Source of the DNA: Leucoraja erinacea
Lineage: Eukaryota
Assembly: GCF_028641065.1 (NCBI RefSeq)
Contig: NW_026575418.1
Location: 124,001-188,000 of the forward strand
Direction of reading: 5' to 3'
Length of the DNA stretch: 64,000 nt
In this document: in pieces, positions 1-13,035 of the stretch
Numbering within the stretch: the first letter of the stretch is position 1
Layout: each line of letters starts with the position of its first letter
Position numbers and translations under genes: made by a program
Notes under the pieces: model-generated
Seen by the model: only the letters and a program-made list of their open reading frames with translations
What the model was told of the DNA's origin: nothing
The model's database searches: none

Positions 1-838
1 GGGAAGCAGAATTAAAGATTCAAATAACAGAAGATGAACGGTATCTAATGTGTGAAACACAGTGTTCATCAACAAACTCACTTGTATGGCGAGAATGTTT
101 GCTGGAAGAATCTATCTCGCTTTTTTATAACACCCAAAATAAAAAGCAGACAACTTGCTGTCCAACAACACAGTTGGAGGCTGTGTGGGAGTATGGAGGC
201 AGACCACTTGCATATTTTCTGTAACTGTGTAAAGATAAGGCCATACTGGGAAAGTGTTAATGCAGTTGTAAAAAATATCTTGGGTTATAAAATCCCAAAT
301 ACCTGCCCTGTGATGTATCTGGAGCGTATTAAAGATATTGTAAAAATAGAAGATACATATTTGATTGCAGCAAGTAAGAAGGCCATTACCAGGCAGTGGC
401 TTCATGAAAAAGTCCAAAACAGGAACAGTGGTTAGAAATTGTGCGAGACATCTTTAATATGGAGAAATTGACATATTCATTGAGAGTCAAGGAGAATTCA
501 TTTGAGAAGATCTGGGAAAAATGAACTGTTTATTTGAGCCATGACACCAATTAGATAAATGCCGAGCTAGATATGGGAAGATTGTGTTATATAGAACTAG
601 ATGGTATGTTTGTGTGAATATTGAATTATCTCCAGATAACTAATCAATGTAATGTTTTTTTTTTTTAATTTGGTAAGTGAACCACACGGTTATTCCTATT
701 TTTTATTTATTTACTTCTTTTTTTTCCCCCTATCTACTTATTTTTTTAATTTTAATTGTTGTTTTTCTTATTTTGTTTTACTTATGGTGATAGTGTTGCA
801 CTGTTTTGTATATATCTCTGAAAAATCAATAAAAATTT
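1..838 (+). mobile_element. L1-clade LINE 3' fragment (C-terminal Cys/His region plus T-rich 3' UTR and polyA signal)
   Basis: ORF 52-435 has the CCHC-like WRLCGSMEADHLHIFCNC..YW motif typical of L1 ORF2 C-termini, followed by a T-rich UTR and AATAAA near 828. Confidence 0.7.
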
Positions 839-841
839 AAG

Positions 842-1960
842 TGAAAAGGTGACGGTAGCGGAAATGGCAGAGGATGATGTGTTGTATGTAGAGGCTGGTG
901 GGGTGAAAGATGAGAATCAATGGATCTGTTCTATCTGGCGGCAGGGGAGTGAGTGCAGAACTACACGACACAAAGGTTGGAAGGAGGTGTACAGATAACA
1001 TTGGAAGTCAGTAGGTTTGCAGTAGATGCCAGTCTATTGCCTGTCCTCTTTGAGGGAGACAGAGAGATCAAGAAGATGGAGAGGGGTTAGAGGTCGGCCA
1101 CGTGAAAGAGGGCAGGGTAGAATTAATGGTAAAGTTAATGGAATCAATGGTTTCTGCACGGGTGCCAGAGACAGTCCCGGTGCAATTATTGATGCGGCAG
1201 GGAAGCATGTGGGGCATGGTGCCAGTGCACATTTGGAACAAGAATAGTTTGACATAACCAACAAAAAGGCGGAATAGCTTGGGTCCGTGCAAGTACTCAC
1301 GGCTACATGTTTAACCTGAAGAACGTGAGGAGCCAAAAGAGAAATTATTGAGGGGAGGACAGCTTCTGCCAGGCAGACAAGGTTGTTCATAGAGGGGAAC
1401 TGATTGGGTCTCTGTTCGAAGAAGAACTGAGGCCTTTCCTGGTGGGTGATGGAGGTGTAAATGGACTGGACGTTCATGGAGAAGATTTAATTGAATTGAA
1501 TACATTTTATTAGCCAAGTATTATGTATACATACAAGGAATTTGCCTTGGTGCTTTGCCTACAAGTATCAACACAATATGCAGTAGACAATTAAAAATAA
1601 AACATAAAACATAATTTAGATGAGCCAATGGGGTGTTAGAAATTGCAAGTTATTCAAGAGGTGGACGTGTCAGATGTCTCCAATGGTGGTCGGGAGGGAC
1701 TGGACAAGGACAATAGAGAAAATTAATTGGGTCTATGTCCAGGGAAACCAGAGAGCCTCACGACCTTCCTGGAGGAGTATTGAGGTGTACGGGGCCTGGA
1801 CATAGCAGAGGGATTACAAGGAATGTTGATGAACAGACATTGGGGTCTGACATAGGATGCAGCCGTGCTCACTCTCCTAGGTAAGGATATAGAATATAAA
1901 CCAGAAACAATCTGGTTTACTGCAGGGCCGACAGTTGTTTTTCGCGCCATTTTCTGTACA
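842..1960 (-). mobile_element. Degenerate Penelope-like element, RT region
   Basis: Minus-strand translations MNVQSIYTSITHQE..EQRPNQFPS..LAEAVL/LNNFSF..LQVKHVAVST..PSY/LFVGYV match Penelope RT motifs; frameshifted; short unrelated insert at about 1490-1620. Confidence 0.75.
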
Positions 1961-2499
1961 TACTAAATGCATTTGTTGTCGGTGAAAGCAGCGTACTTCA
2001 CAAAGGAGGCGAAGAGCAAACAGCGGGCGCGGTTTTCTCGGGTCGTGTACACATAGTCGCTATGAGATTTACAACATAAACAGATCTACCCGAGACATTG
2101 GATCAGCGGCGTGAGATTCCGCTCAGTAATAGCGAGCGTGGAACGTTGCTAAATAAAGTCCCGCTGATAGCCCGGGCCGCCACTGTAATGATATAATGAA
2201 CAGCTGGGTAGAGCATGTGAAGGATAAAACAACCCAGTGACCCAGACATTAATTCAGGACAACTCACGGTGTCTGTGGAAGGGCCGAATAATGACGTGTG
2301 ACGCGGGGGAACTGATCAATAAAGGAGTTTGTTCTTGAGGAGACGAGAACGCGTCACAAGGGGATTCACATGGTAACCGGGTCCGTCCGGGACACTGGAG
2401 CCCGTGGGGTCAGACTCCGCTCGGCAGCTGTGACTGCGGTGCCAGTTGTGGTAAGAAAGGCCGGGACCGTAATGTAAGAGGACAATGAACAGGAGGACA

Positions 2500-2540
2500 C
2501 AGCTCTTTCCACAGCCGGGTTGGTGGCTCTTAAAAGAGCC
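2500..2540 (-). terminator. Histone 3' stem-loop and HDE of H3
   Basis: GGCTCTTTTAAGAGCC (2525-2540, reverse complement) followed by GGAAAGAGCTG (2500-2510). Confidence 0.95.
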
Positions 2541-2563
2541 TTTTGTTGTCCTTGGTTCCGAGT

Positions 2564-2980
<417 letters not shown>

Positions 2981-3039
2981 TCAACACTTGTATTACAGCC
3001 TGAAATAGAGGCTCTGGAATGACGGAGCCGGCTCTGGAG

Positions 3040-3135
3040 CCGACTTTTAAAGCCTTGATGAAGGGCCGGCCCACAGCGTGAGATTGGCTGTAGTACAGAT
3101 GCAAACATGTCGTTCCCGCGATTCGATTGGCAGCA
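3040..3135 (-). promoter_or_regulatory. H3 promoter
   Basis: TATA-like TTTAAAAG near 3045-3052 and two CCAAT boxes (ATTGG on + near 3083 and 3126). Confidence 0.75.
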
Positions 3136-3713
3136 GCTCAGTCAGCAACTGGCCGCCAGTTTCAGGTCTGAGGTCGGCGGGGAAAATATTATTTGTGACC
3201 AAATACAGAGATTTGTGAGCGGCGGGCGGAGCTCAGACAACCAGTGAGGGCAGGCACACTGTAGTGTGGTTGGCTACTGGTTCAATTTCAAATTGACCGC
3301 CAATTTAACAGCAAGCGGGAACCGAGGTAAATACTCCCTTGCAATTGTGAATACAGCACTATTTTGTACCTACCAAATTAATTTCGAATTAATTTAAATC
3401 ACCTCCGTAAACCACTAAATCTGAATACGCGGTGCGAATTTACAGACCCGATGTGGAAACTGATGTTATTCAAACGGGAAAGTTTCGAGTCGACCTTTGT
3501 GTTGCTGGATTTACAAAGGGGATAGCCTCTATGATCTTTGGCCTGGAGAATGGTCTACTATAAGCCCCTCTTCAGTTTAAACCTTCAGAAAATCTGCCTG
3601 ACATCAGCTTTCCTCATCATAAACGCTGAAAGCAAGAACCAATCAAAATACATGCAACTATCGGGCAATAACTAAAAGTTAATTCAGTACAAAGTGTGAT
3701 CATGCTCCCGGTC

Positions 3714-3755
3714 ACTGTTCCCTTTGTGAAATGGTGGGTGGCTCTTAAAAGAGCC
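3714..3755 (-). terminator. Histone stem-loop and HDE of H4
   Basis: GGCTCTTTTAAGAGCC at 3740-3755 (reverse complement), ACCCA flank, then purine-rich AAAGGGAACAG. Confidence 0.93.
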
Positions 3756-3789
3756 TTTGTTTTGTCGATTGGATAAAGGGAAGAATTCT

Positions 3790-4110
<321 letters not shown>

Positions 4111-4585
4111 TCACTCAAGTCACTGTACAATAAAAGGTCGAATGCTACTAACTCCTTTTATAAACAGCGCCCCGACCTGGTCGAGAATCGCAGAGAGACA
4201 GGCGAGAAGGGGAGGAGACAGAGTCAGAGTGACAGACAGAGCAGGGAGCGGCCTCTCACCCCTAGCTCCAATCCCCGGTTTTCTGCAAACGCCAATTTGC
4301 AACGGTTTGCCGACAATACGCCAGAGATTCAGCGCCCCGCAAACTTTCACAGGCACGGATTCCACATTAAAGAGCAAACATAAATGTATCTGTCTAGATG
4401 CATTGACAATTAATTTACCATCAGTGTTGCAGTTTCACAGAGAAGCCTTAAACTGCGCCCAATCACTGTGTTTATTTACGACAACAGGGACGGGGCAGTG
4501 AATTACCGGGGAGCCCAGGTTTAATGGGAATTATTTCCCGTTGGCACCGAGACTCGTCCCGAGACTGTAACCCTTGATTCAGGAT

Positions 4586-4626
4586 CTGCTCTTTTAGGGA
4601 CGATGCGAGTGGCTCTGAGAAGAGCC
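4586..4626 (-). terminator. Histone stem-loop and HDE of H1
   Basis: GGCTCTTCTCAGAGCC at 4611-4626 (reverse complement), then AAAAGAGCAG. Confidence 0.9.
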
Positions 4627-4662
4627 GTTGGGTTTAGGTATTTACAAGTTGATCGGTTTAAT

Positions 4663-5340
4663 TCATTTTCTTGTCGTTTTTTTCAGGACTTTCGCCGCTG
4701 GTTTCGGCTTCGGCGCTTTTCTCGACGTCTTGACCACTTTCACCTTTGTTACTGGAGACTTCTTGGGGCTGTTGGGCGCCGCCTTCTTGGCAGCTGATTT
4801 CTTAGCCACCGGTCTCTTAGGTGTTGGTTTCTTGACCACAACTCTCTTGGCGGGCGATTTCTTGACCCCAACTCTCTTGGCGGGTGATTTCTTGTTTACC
4901 GTTTTCTTGAACATTTTCTTTGCCGGTGGTTTCTTGGGCGAGTTTTTTTTGACGGTCGGATTTTTGGTCTTCGAAACCTTGGACGCTGGTTTCTTGGCTT
5001 TCTTTGCCATTTTCACGACGCCTTCTTTCGCCGCGGCCTTGAAGGAGCCCGAGGCGCCCTTGCCCTTGGTCTGAACCAGGGAACCGGTTTCCAATTTCCT
5101 CTTGATGGTCACCTTGATGAGCTTGTGGTACTTTTCAACATCGATACCACTGGCGGCCAGTCCCTTCGATACCGCCACCAGGGACATTCCTCGCCGTTCG
5201 TGGCAATCCGCAACAATCTTGTCGATCCGTTCCCCCAGCTTGGGACCGGCGGTCTTTTTCCGGGCGGCCGCCGCCTTCTCCTTGGGAGCCTTGATTTGGG
5301 CGGGCGGAGGAGCCGCTTCAACGACTGCGGTCTCGCTCAT
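4663..5340 (-). CDS. H1: Linker histone H1, divergent globular domain (225 aa, starts MSETAVVEAAPP)
   Basis: MSETA N-terminus, winged-helix motif LVQTKGKGASGSFK, Lys/Pro-rich tail with KSPAK/TPK motifs; true ATG at 5340. Confidence 0.95.
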   Translation of the reverse strand: MSETAVVEAAPPPAQIKAPKEKAAAARKKTAGPKLGERIDKIVADCHERRGMSLVAVSKGLAASGIDVEKYHKLIKVTIKRKLETGSLVQTKGKGASGSFKAAAKEGVVKMAKKAKKPASKVSKTKNPTVKKNSPKKPPAKKMFKKTVNKKSPAKRVGVKKSPAKRVVVKKPTPKRPVAKKSAAKKAAPNSPKKSPVTKVKVVKTSRKAPKPKPAAKVLKKTTRK

Positions 5341-5414
5341 ATCAGCAACTCTGCACAAGTTATCTCTCACAGTCAGGACTGGGTGAGAAATGAAACGAGA
5401 GGCGGCGGCACAGA

Positions 5415-5485
5415 GCAATTTAAAGGCAGAGAGCGGACGGGGTGGAAACATCCTGTTGGCAGCTCACAGCGCCACTGTGTTTCTC
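5415..5485 (-). promoter_or_regulatory. H1 promoter with H1 box
   Basis: AAACACA H1 box (5476-5482, reverse complement), CCAAC variant of CCAAT near 5455, TTTAAA TATA-like near 5419-5424. Confidence 0.75.
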
Positions 5486-5871
5486 TCTCCTCAAAAAGTC
5501 TCCGATTCTCTTGAAAATCGGACACCTTTGTGTCCCAGACTGCCCCTTGTCCGTCCTGGAGGATGGAAGGTTTGCTTTAGAGAAAGTTTGACCAGAATTA
5601 AATACAGCACTTTCCATTTAAACTGGTGTCATTGCCGCGCTGAGCGAGTTCTCTGCCCCGATCGCTGACATACTCGCCGCTTTTCGACTGAAATGTTAAA
5701 ACTAACTAACACGTTGCGGTTCTTTCGCACCCCAGGATTGAGATCACTGGCGGGGCGAACTTGTGACCGGGACACATTTTCATTTTCCACCGGGGGGGCT
5801 GGGAAATCCGGCGATATGATGGCACCCACAAACACAGTGACATCAGTCTAAATCGCGGGCCCCTTTAACAT

Positions 5872-6000
5872 GTAGAAACGAGGAACCGCAGTTGCTGGTT
5901 TACCAAAATAGACACCATGTACTGGAATAATTCAACGACTCAGACAGCATCCATGGAGAAAATGGATGAGACGTTTCGGTTCGGCATATGCTTCAAACTT
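5872..6000 (-). mobile_element. Degenerate Penelope-derived short element
   Basis: Similar to the short element at 41031-41124 (..CCGAAACGTC..ATGGATGCTG..TCCAG..). Confidence 0.55.
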
Positions 6001-6019
6001 TCACCCCTTTAATATGCTC

Positions 6020-7330
6020 CCTCACATGGAGTCATACAGCACGAACAAGGCCCTGAGGCCCAACATGCTTCTGGCTACCAATATGCCCCGTATACACTTG
6101 TCCCACCTGTCTTCTTTTCACCCATATCCCACTAAACATTTCCAATCCATGTACCCGTCCAAATGTCTTTTAAAAGTGATTATATTACCTGTCTCAAACT
6201 ACCTCCTCTGGCACCTGATTGGACGGACCTACTACCCACTGTTTGAAAATGTTGCTCCTCTGTTTCTCATTGCATCTTTACCCTCTTCCCTTAAACCTCT
6301 GCCTCCTGATTTCTCTTGATTCTTGATTCTTAATGTAAAGATATTGTACATTGTATCTGTTCTTCTCATCATTTTATACACCTCAATAAGATCAACCTTC
6401 AGCCTCCTGCACTCCAAGGAACCTAACCTGTCTCTCACTGTAGCTCAGGCCCTCAAGACCTGGCAATAGACTTGTGAATCTTCTCTGCACTTCCAGCTTA
6501 AAGACATCCATCTAAAGGCAGATTGTCCAAAACTGAACGCAATACATAATTGCAAGATCGGCAACATATTGTAAAACTGTAATATAAAATCCCAACTTCT
6601 ATACCCGGTACCCTGACTGATGAAGGCCAATGTACCATGGCATCTTGGCGCAATGGTAGAGTTGCTGCCTTAAAGCGCCAGAGACCCAGGTTTGATCATA
6701 ATTATGGGTGCTGTCTGTACGGAATATGTACATTCTCCCCGTGATTGCCTGTGTTTTTTCCACACTTCAAAGACATATGGGTGTGTCTTTTAATTGGCTT
6801 GGTATGAATGTAAAATTGTCCCTAGTGTAGATAATGTGAATGTGTGGTGGGCTGAAGAGCCTGTTTCCGTGCTTTATCTCCAAACTAAACTAAACTACGG
6901 AAACCCTTCTTGGTCCTCCTGTCTGTCTGTGATATCACTGTCAGGGTATGATGTACCTGTAAGCCTAGATCTCTCTGTTCTACAAAACTAACCATGCCCC
7001 AGCTATTCACTGTGAAGGTGCTGCCTTGGTATGACTTCTTAAACTGCAAAACCTCACACTTATCTGCAATAAACTCGATTAAGCAAGCGATCAACAGTCA
7101 CTTATCCAGCTGATCAAGATGCTGCTGTAATTTTTGATAACTATTTATACTATCTATGATACCATCCTGTTTAGTGTAATCGGCAAACTAACTCTTCATG
7201 CATTGTACATAAAATCAATCAAATAAACCACAGAGAAATGGCCCCCACACTGAGTCCTGAGGCACACCACTCGTTACAAGCCTCAATCCGAAAATAAACC
7301 TCACTCGATCACTTTTTTCCTTCCATGAAG
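6020..7330 (-). mobile_element. CR1 LINE 3' fragment, split by a SINE
   Basis: RRLKVDLIEVYKMMR, MAFISQGTGYRSWD and ADKCEVLQF..EQRDLG are CR1 RT C-terminal motifs. Confidence 0.8.
6645..6897 (+). mobile_element. tRNA-derived SINE (V-SINE/HE1-like)
   Basis: A-box-like GGCGCAATGGTAGA, B-box-like GGTTTGATC, core CATTCTCCCCGTG, CR1-like 3' end and (CTAAA)n tail. Confidence 0.75.
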
Positions 7331-7339
7331 CCAACTCAT

Positions 7340-8112
7340 GAAAGAAAGCTTGCGGGGAATATAAAAAAACTGACTGAAAAAGCTACTTCAGATAATTGAA
7401 GAGGAAAAGGTTAGTGAAGACAAATGTAGGCCCTTTACAGTCAAAAACAGGTGAATTGATAATGGGAAACAAGGAAATGGCAGATCAGTTAAACAAGTAC
7501 TTTGGTTCTGCCTTAATCATGGAAGACACAAACAATCTCCCAGAAATACTAGGGGACTGAATATCTAGTGGGAGGATGGAGCTGAAGGGAATCCACATTA
7601 GTCAGGAAATAGTGTTTGGTAAACTATGGGACTGAAGGTGGATAAAGCCCCATGGTCGGATGGTCTGTATCCCGGAGTACTCAAGAAGTTGGCTCTAGAA
7701 ATTATTTGTGATCATTTTCCAATCTCTTCTCGACTGGATCAATTCCTGTGAACTGGAGGGTAGCCAATTTTAAGAAAGACTACACTTTATAATAAAGGAG
7801 GTAGAGAGAAAAGGGGTAATTATAGAACAGTCAGCCTTCGAGCAGTAGTGGGGAAAAGGCTAGAGTCTATTGTTAAATATGTTATAGCAGCGCATGTGGA
7901 AAGCAGTGAGCAGATTTGTCAAAGTCAGCATGGATTGATGAAGCAAAATAAGGCTTGACTAATCATCTGGAATTTTTTGAGGATGTAACAGGTAGAGAAG
8001 ATTAGGGACAGTGGATGTGGTGTATCTGAATTTCCAAAAAGCCTTTGACAAGGTCCCACACAAAAGATTAGTGTGCAAAATTACAGCACATGGTAGTGGC
8101 GGTAGGGTATTA
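7340..8112 (+). mobile_element. CR1 ORF2 fragment
   Basis: [21 protein letters not shown] motif; degenerate. Confidence 0.8.
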
Positions 8113-9550
8113 GAAACAATAGACAGGAGTAGGCCCCGCGAGCCAGCACCGCCATTCAATGTGATCATGGCTGGTCATCTCCAGAATCTTCTTGGAATTT
8201 TTGCGGACATAGAAACATAGAAAATAGGTGCAGGAGTAGGCCATTCGGCCCATCGAGCATTTTGCCACACCATTATCCACTTGCCACTTCTCTGCCCACA
8301 CTCCCAACCTGTCCAATTCCTTCTGCAGAGTCCCTGCTTTCTCTTCTCTCCCTGGCCTTCCACTTATTTTCATATTATCTGCAAACTTGGCCCTAAGCCA
8401 TCAATCCCCTCGTCCAAATCATTAATGTACAACGTGAAGAGTAGCGCCGCAGCACCAATCCCTGCGGAATTCCGCCCAATCTCTGGCAGCCAAACAGAAA
8501 AAATCCTTGTTTATTGCCACTCTTTGTTTTATGTCATCCAGCCAACCTGCTATAGAAAGATAGAAAATAGGTGCAGGAGTAGGCCGTTCAGCCCTTCGAG
8601 CCATTCAATATGATCATGGCTGATCATCCAACTCAGTATCCTGTACCTGCTTTATCTCCATACGCCCTGATCCCTTTAGCCACAAGGGCCACATCTAACT
8701 CCATCTTACATATAGCCAATGAACTGGCCACAACTACATTCTGTGGCAGAGAATTCCAGAGATTCACCACTCTCTGTGTAAGAAAACCTAAAATATTTCC
8801 CCTTTATCCTTAAACTGTAAATCCTTCTTCTGGACTTCCCCAGCATTGGGAACAATCTTTCTGCATCTAGCCTGTCCAACCCCTTAAGAATTTTGTAAGT
8901 TTCTATAAGATCCCCCCTCAATCTTCTAAATTCTAGCGAGTACAAGCCGAGTCTATCCAGTCTTTCTTCATATGAAAGTCCTGCCATCCCAGGAACCAGT
9001 CCGGTGAACCTTCTCTGTACTCCATCTATGGCAAGAATGTCCTTCCTCAGATTAGGAAGATTATCCATTCAAGTATCTGCCCTTTGATGCTGTGCACTGA
9101 TCTTACTCAGAAGCCTCACGTGTGGCACATTATCAAAGACTTTCTGAACATCTAAGTAAACAACATCTACTGATGCTCCTTTGTCTTTCCTGTTATTTAC
9201 TTCTTCAAAGATTTCCATCAAATTTAGCCTATTTTATCATGAACTTCCAAATAGTCTGTAACCTCATCCTTTATAATGGACTAAAATCTTACCAAACTCC
9301 GAAGACAGACTAACCAGCCTATAGTTCAATTTTTCTACTTTGTTCTTTTTGTTAGGAGACCAAAACTGTACGCAATACTCCTGGTGTGCTATGAATGCTA
9401 ACATACCATTCGCTTTCTTCACTGCCTGCTGCACCTGCATGCCTACTTTCAATGACTGGTGTACCATGACACCCAGGTCTCGGTGCATCTCCCGTTTTCC
9501 TAATCGGCCACCATTTATGTAATAGTCTACTTTCCTGTTTTTGCCACATT
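8113..9550 (-). mobile_element. Composite of CR1 fragments
   Basis: CR1 C-terminal translations (ERLDRLGLYSLEFRRLRGDLIETYK) and several CR1 3' tails. Confidence 0.8.
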
Positions 9551-9879
9551 TACAATCTCTCCTTATTTAGGTCCTCGGTTCCCAAATGGGCCGAATGACT
9601 TTATGACCTTCCCACCTGCTTAAAAAGAGCAACAATAATACACCAACACCCAAGAAATCTAAGATGACACGTGTCAATGCATAGGCCAGTCCTGCTAGCT
9701 CTCCACTCTGCACTGGGCCACTTGTACTATAAGAGCATATGCGTCAAGCTGCTGTCAGGCTGTTACTACAGACCATAATTAGTATGAATTGACAACAACG
9801 CTTCCATCTTGATAGCCATTAGGCTGGAGCACCTCAGGGGTGTGTGCTCAGTCCCTTGATCTAATCACAGTATTCCATA

Positions 9880-10337
9880 TGTGTGCCCAGCGGTGGTCAG
9901 CGAGGGTGGTGTGGACCCAGCTGAGGTCAGAGGAGGTGGCGTGGGCCCAGCAGGGGTGGCGTGGGCCCAGTGGGGGTGGCCTAGACCCAGTGGGGGTCAG
10001 CGAAGGTGGCGTGGGCCCAGCGGGGGTGGCGTGGGCCCAGCAGGGGTGGAGGGGATTAAGGTGGCGTGGGCCCAGCAGGGGTCAGTGTGGGTGGCGTGTG
10101 CACAGCGGGGGTGGCGTGGGCCCAGCGGGGGTGGCGTGGGCCCAGCGGGGGTCAGCGAGAGTTGCCTGGACCCAGGGGGGTTAGCGGGGGTGGCTTGGGC
10201 CCAGCGTGGGCGGCGTGAGCCCAGCGGGGGTGGCCTGGGCGCAGTGGGGGACAGCGAGGGTGGCGTGTGCGCAGCGTGTGTGGCATGGGCCAGCGGGGGT
10301 GGCCTGTGCCCAGTGGGGGTCAGCGAGGGTGGCGTGA
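9880..10337. repeat. GC-rich minisatellite, about 20-bp unit GGGTGGCGTGGGCCCAGCGG
   Basis: Direct tandem copies visible. Confidence 0.9.
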
Positions 10338-10374
10338 TAATGCACCCAATGCACCCCCCCCCCCCCTTCCAACG

Positions 10375-11860
10375 GCCATGTCCAGGACAAGGGGTCACAG
10401 TTTAAGGATAAGGGGGAAATCTTTTAGGACCGAGATGAGAAAAACATTTTTCACGCAGAGAGTGGTGAATCTCTGGAATTCTCTGTCACAGAAGGTAGTT
10501 GAGGCCAGTTCATTGGCTATATTTAAGAGGGAGTTAGATATGGCCCTTGTGGCTAAAGGTATCAGGGGGTGTGGAGAGAAGGCAGTATACTCAGTTGGAT
10601 GATCAGCCATGATCATATTGAATGGCGGTGCAGGCTCGAAGGGCCGAATGGTCTAATCCTGCACCTATTTTCTATGTTTCTATAGCGGGTTGGCTGGATG
10701 ACATAAAACAAAGGATGGCAATAAAGGAGGATTTTTCCTGTTTGGCTGCCAGTGACTGGGCGGAATTCTGCAGGGATTGGTCCTGCGGCGCTACTCTTCA
10801 TGTTGCATATTAATGATTTGGACGAGGGGATTGAAGGCTTAGGGCCAAGTTTGCAGATAATACGAAAATAGGTGGAAGAGCAGGTAGAGAAGAGAAAGCA
10901 GGGACTCTGCAGAAGGAATTGGACAGGTTGGGAGAGTGGGCAGAGAAGTGGCAAGTGGATAATGGTGTGGAGTCATGCATTTTGAGAGTAGGAATAAATG
11001 CATAGACTATTTTTTATAAATACAGTGAGAATCTAGAAATCAGAGGAGCAAAAGGACTTTGGGAATCCTGCACCAGCACTCCCAAATGTTATTCTGCAAA
11101 TCGGATCGGTAGTAAAGAAAGCAAACTCAATGCTACATTTCATTTCAAGAAGGCCTGTGTACAAAACTTGGACGTAATGCTGAGGTTCCATTAGGCGCTG
11201 GTACAACCGCATTAGGAATATGGTGAGCAATTTTGTTGAGGAAGGATTTGCTGGCTCTGGAATGGGTCCAGAGGACGTTTACAAGAATGATCCCAGGAAT
11301 GTATGACCTAGCGTGTCCAAACCCTTAATAATCTTATATATTTCAATAATATATCCTCTCATCCGTCTAAATTCCAGAGTGATCCCAAGAATGTGTAGGT
11401 TAACCGATGATGAGCATTTGTCAGCACTGGGTCTGTACTTGCTGGAGTTTAGGAGAATGACAATTGAAAAATACAGAATAGTGAAAGGCTTGGATAGAGT
11501 GGATGTGGTATGTATGTTTTCATTAGTGGGAGAGTCTAGGACGAGAGGTCATAACCTCAGAATTAAAGGACCTACTTTTAAGAAGGAGATGAGGTTAAAT
11601 GTCTTTAGTCAAAGGTGGTGAATCGGTGGAGGCCAAGTCAATTCATATTTTTTAAGGCAGAGATAGATAGATTCTTGATAGTACTAATCATGAATCTACC
11701 TATCTCTGCCTTAAAAAGTATCCAGCCTCACCACTGTACTAATGGGGAGAAGCCTGGAGAATGAGGTTAGGAGGATACTATAGAACAGCCATGATTGAAT
11801 GGCAGAGTGGCCTTGTTGGGCCGAATGGCCTAATTCTACTCCTATCACTTATGACCTAAT
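10375..11860 (+). mobile_element. Composite of CR1 fragments
   Basis: SRTRGHSLRIRGK..FFTQRVVNLWNSL motifs and CR1 tails. Confidence 0.8.
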
Positions 11861-12147
11861 GAACTTCCCCACATAGGCCAGCTTGTCCCAACTACGCTAG
11901 CGCCACCTGCCTGCATTTGGCCCATATCCCTCCAAACCTGTCCTATCCATGTATATGTCTAACTGTTTTTTAAAAGTTAAGGTATTTCCTGTCTCAACTA
12001 CCTCCTCTGGCAGTTTGTCCATACACCCACCACCCTGCTTGCGAAAAAGGTTCCCCTCAGTTTCCTACCAAATCCCCTTCCCTTCACCTTACACTTATGT
12101 CCTCTGGTCCTTGATTCATCTGTTATGGGTAAAAGACTGCGCATCTA

Positions 12148-12745
12148 AAGGGGCTGTCCCACTGCGGCGACCTGATTGGCGAGTTACGAAGAGTTTAGGA
12201 ATGTTTGAAAATATGTCATGTTGAAGACCTCCTTTGACTATGTAAAAGGGGCTTAAGGGGCTTTCTTTTCCCAACACTTCCCTGCACCTTCACGATTCTT
12301 GCTCACTTTCCTTACCTCTTTTATTTCTATCTTTTTTAAAGCTCGAAAAAGGAAGTGGTACAACAAATGTTATAAGATATATCTGATGTGCATTATTGTA
12401 ATTTACTGTACTTCTAATAAAAATAAATTAAAAAAAATAAAAAAGACTATGTAAAAGACCTCTTTCGACTATGTTGAAGACTAGCTTCGACTAGCTTCTG
12501 GAAATTTGGACACCGAACTGTGGAGAGTGAAGCTGACCTCCTTTGATCTGTGACCACCTTTGATTACCTTCGACTACCCTCGATTACCTACGAATAACAT
12601 GTCGACCTTCTACGGCCTACTTCGACTAAACCTACGAGTAATAAAAGCATTGATTTTTTCCATGGCGACTTTTTTACTCGCGAACATTTTTCAACATGTT
12701 GAAAAATACACCGCGACCTAGCTGAGGCCTCGAGTACGCAGAGAC
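12148..12745. mobile_element. Probable non-autonomous DNA transposon (Harbinger-like MITE), partial
   Basis: Begins AAGGGGCTGTCCCACT; many internal CGAC/TCGACTA subrepeats; second terminal inverted repeat not found. Confidence 0.45.
12249..12444 (+). mobile_element. 5'-truncated L1-type 3' tail with 13-bp TSD
   Basis: AATAAA plus A-rich tail, flanked by GACTATGTAAAAG at 12236-12248 and 12445-12457. Confidence 0.8.
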
Positions 12746-12961
12746 TATGTATATAATCCAATGTATATAAATGGCAGCCATCTACGGTGCTGACAAATTA
12801 TAATCACGCCAGCTCCTTCTTTTGTTCACCCCCACTGCAATTTCCCCAGGTCGGGTCCCCATTGTCCTTTGTTCTCCCACTATCCCCAATTGTCGAACCT
12901 TTCAAATTTCAAGTCATGTTACCGACTGTCGGTTATTTTCCGTGGTCGTCTTGTTGCCGTC

Positions 12962-13035
12962 TGATCATTGGAGAATTAACAGTCTAATTGGACTGTTACA
13001 TTCCACCAATGAGATACACGCTGCATCACCAATCA
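12962..13035. promoter_or_regulatory. Relic H2A/H2B-type bidirectional promoter (four CCAAT boxes)
   Basis: ATTGG, ATTGG, CCAAT, CCAAT in the same order and similar spacing as the H2B promoter at about 22695-22770; lies upstream of the H2A pseudogene. Confidence 0.6.

Noticed and set aside
3374-3396. AT-rich near-palindrome in the H3-H4 spacer, also in the paralogous spacers
   Set aside because: Shared by recent duplication and low complexity; no evidence of function
5341-5451. N-terminal extensions of H1 (also H2B 22584-22607 and H4 39993-40019) in the ORF track
   Set aside because: They lie upstream of the canonical ATG in promoter or 5' UTR sequence
6645-6720. Possible tRNA gene
   Set aside because: It is the tRNA-derived head of a SINE; no complete cloverleaf
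9840-10405. Gly/Ala-rich ORFs
   Set aside because: Translations of a minisatellite
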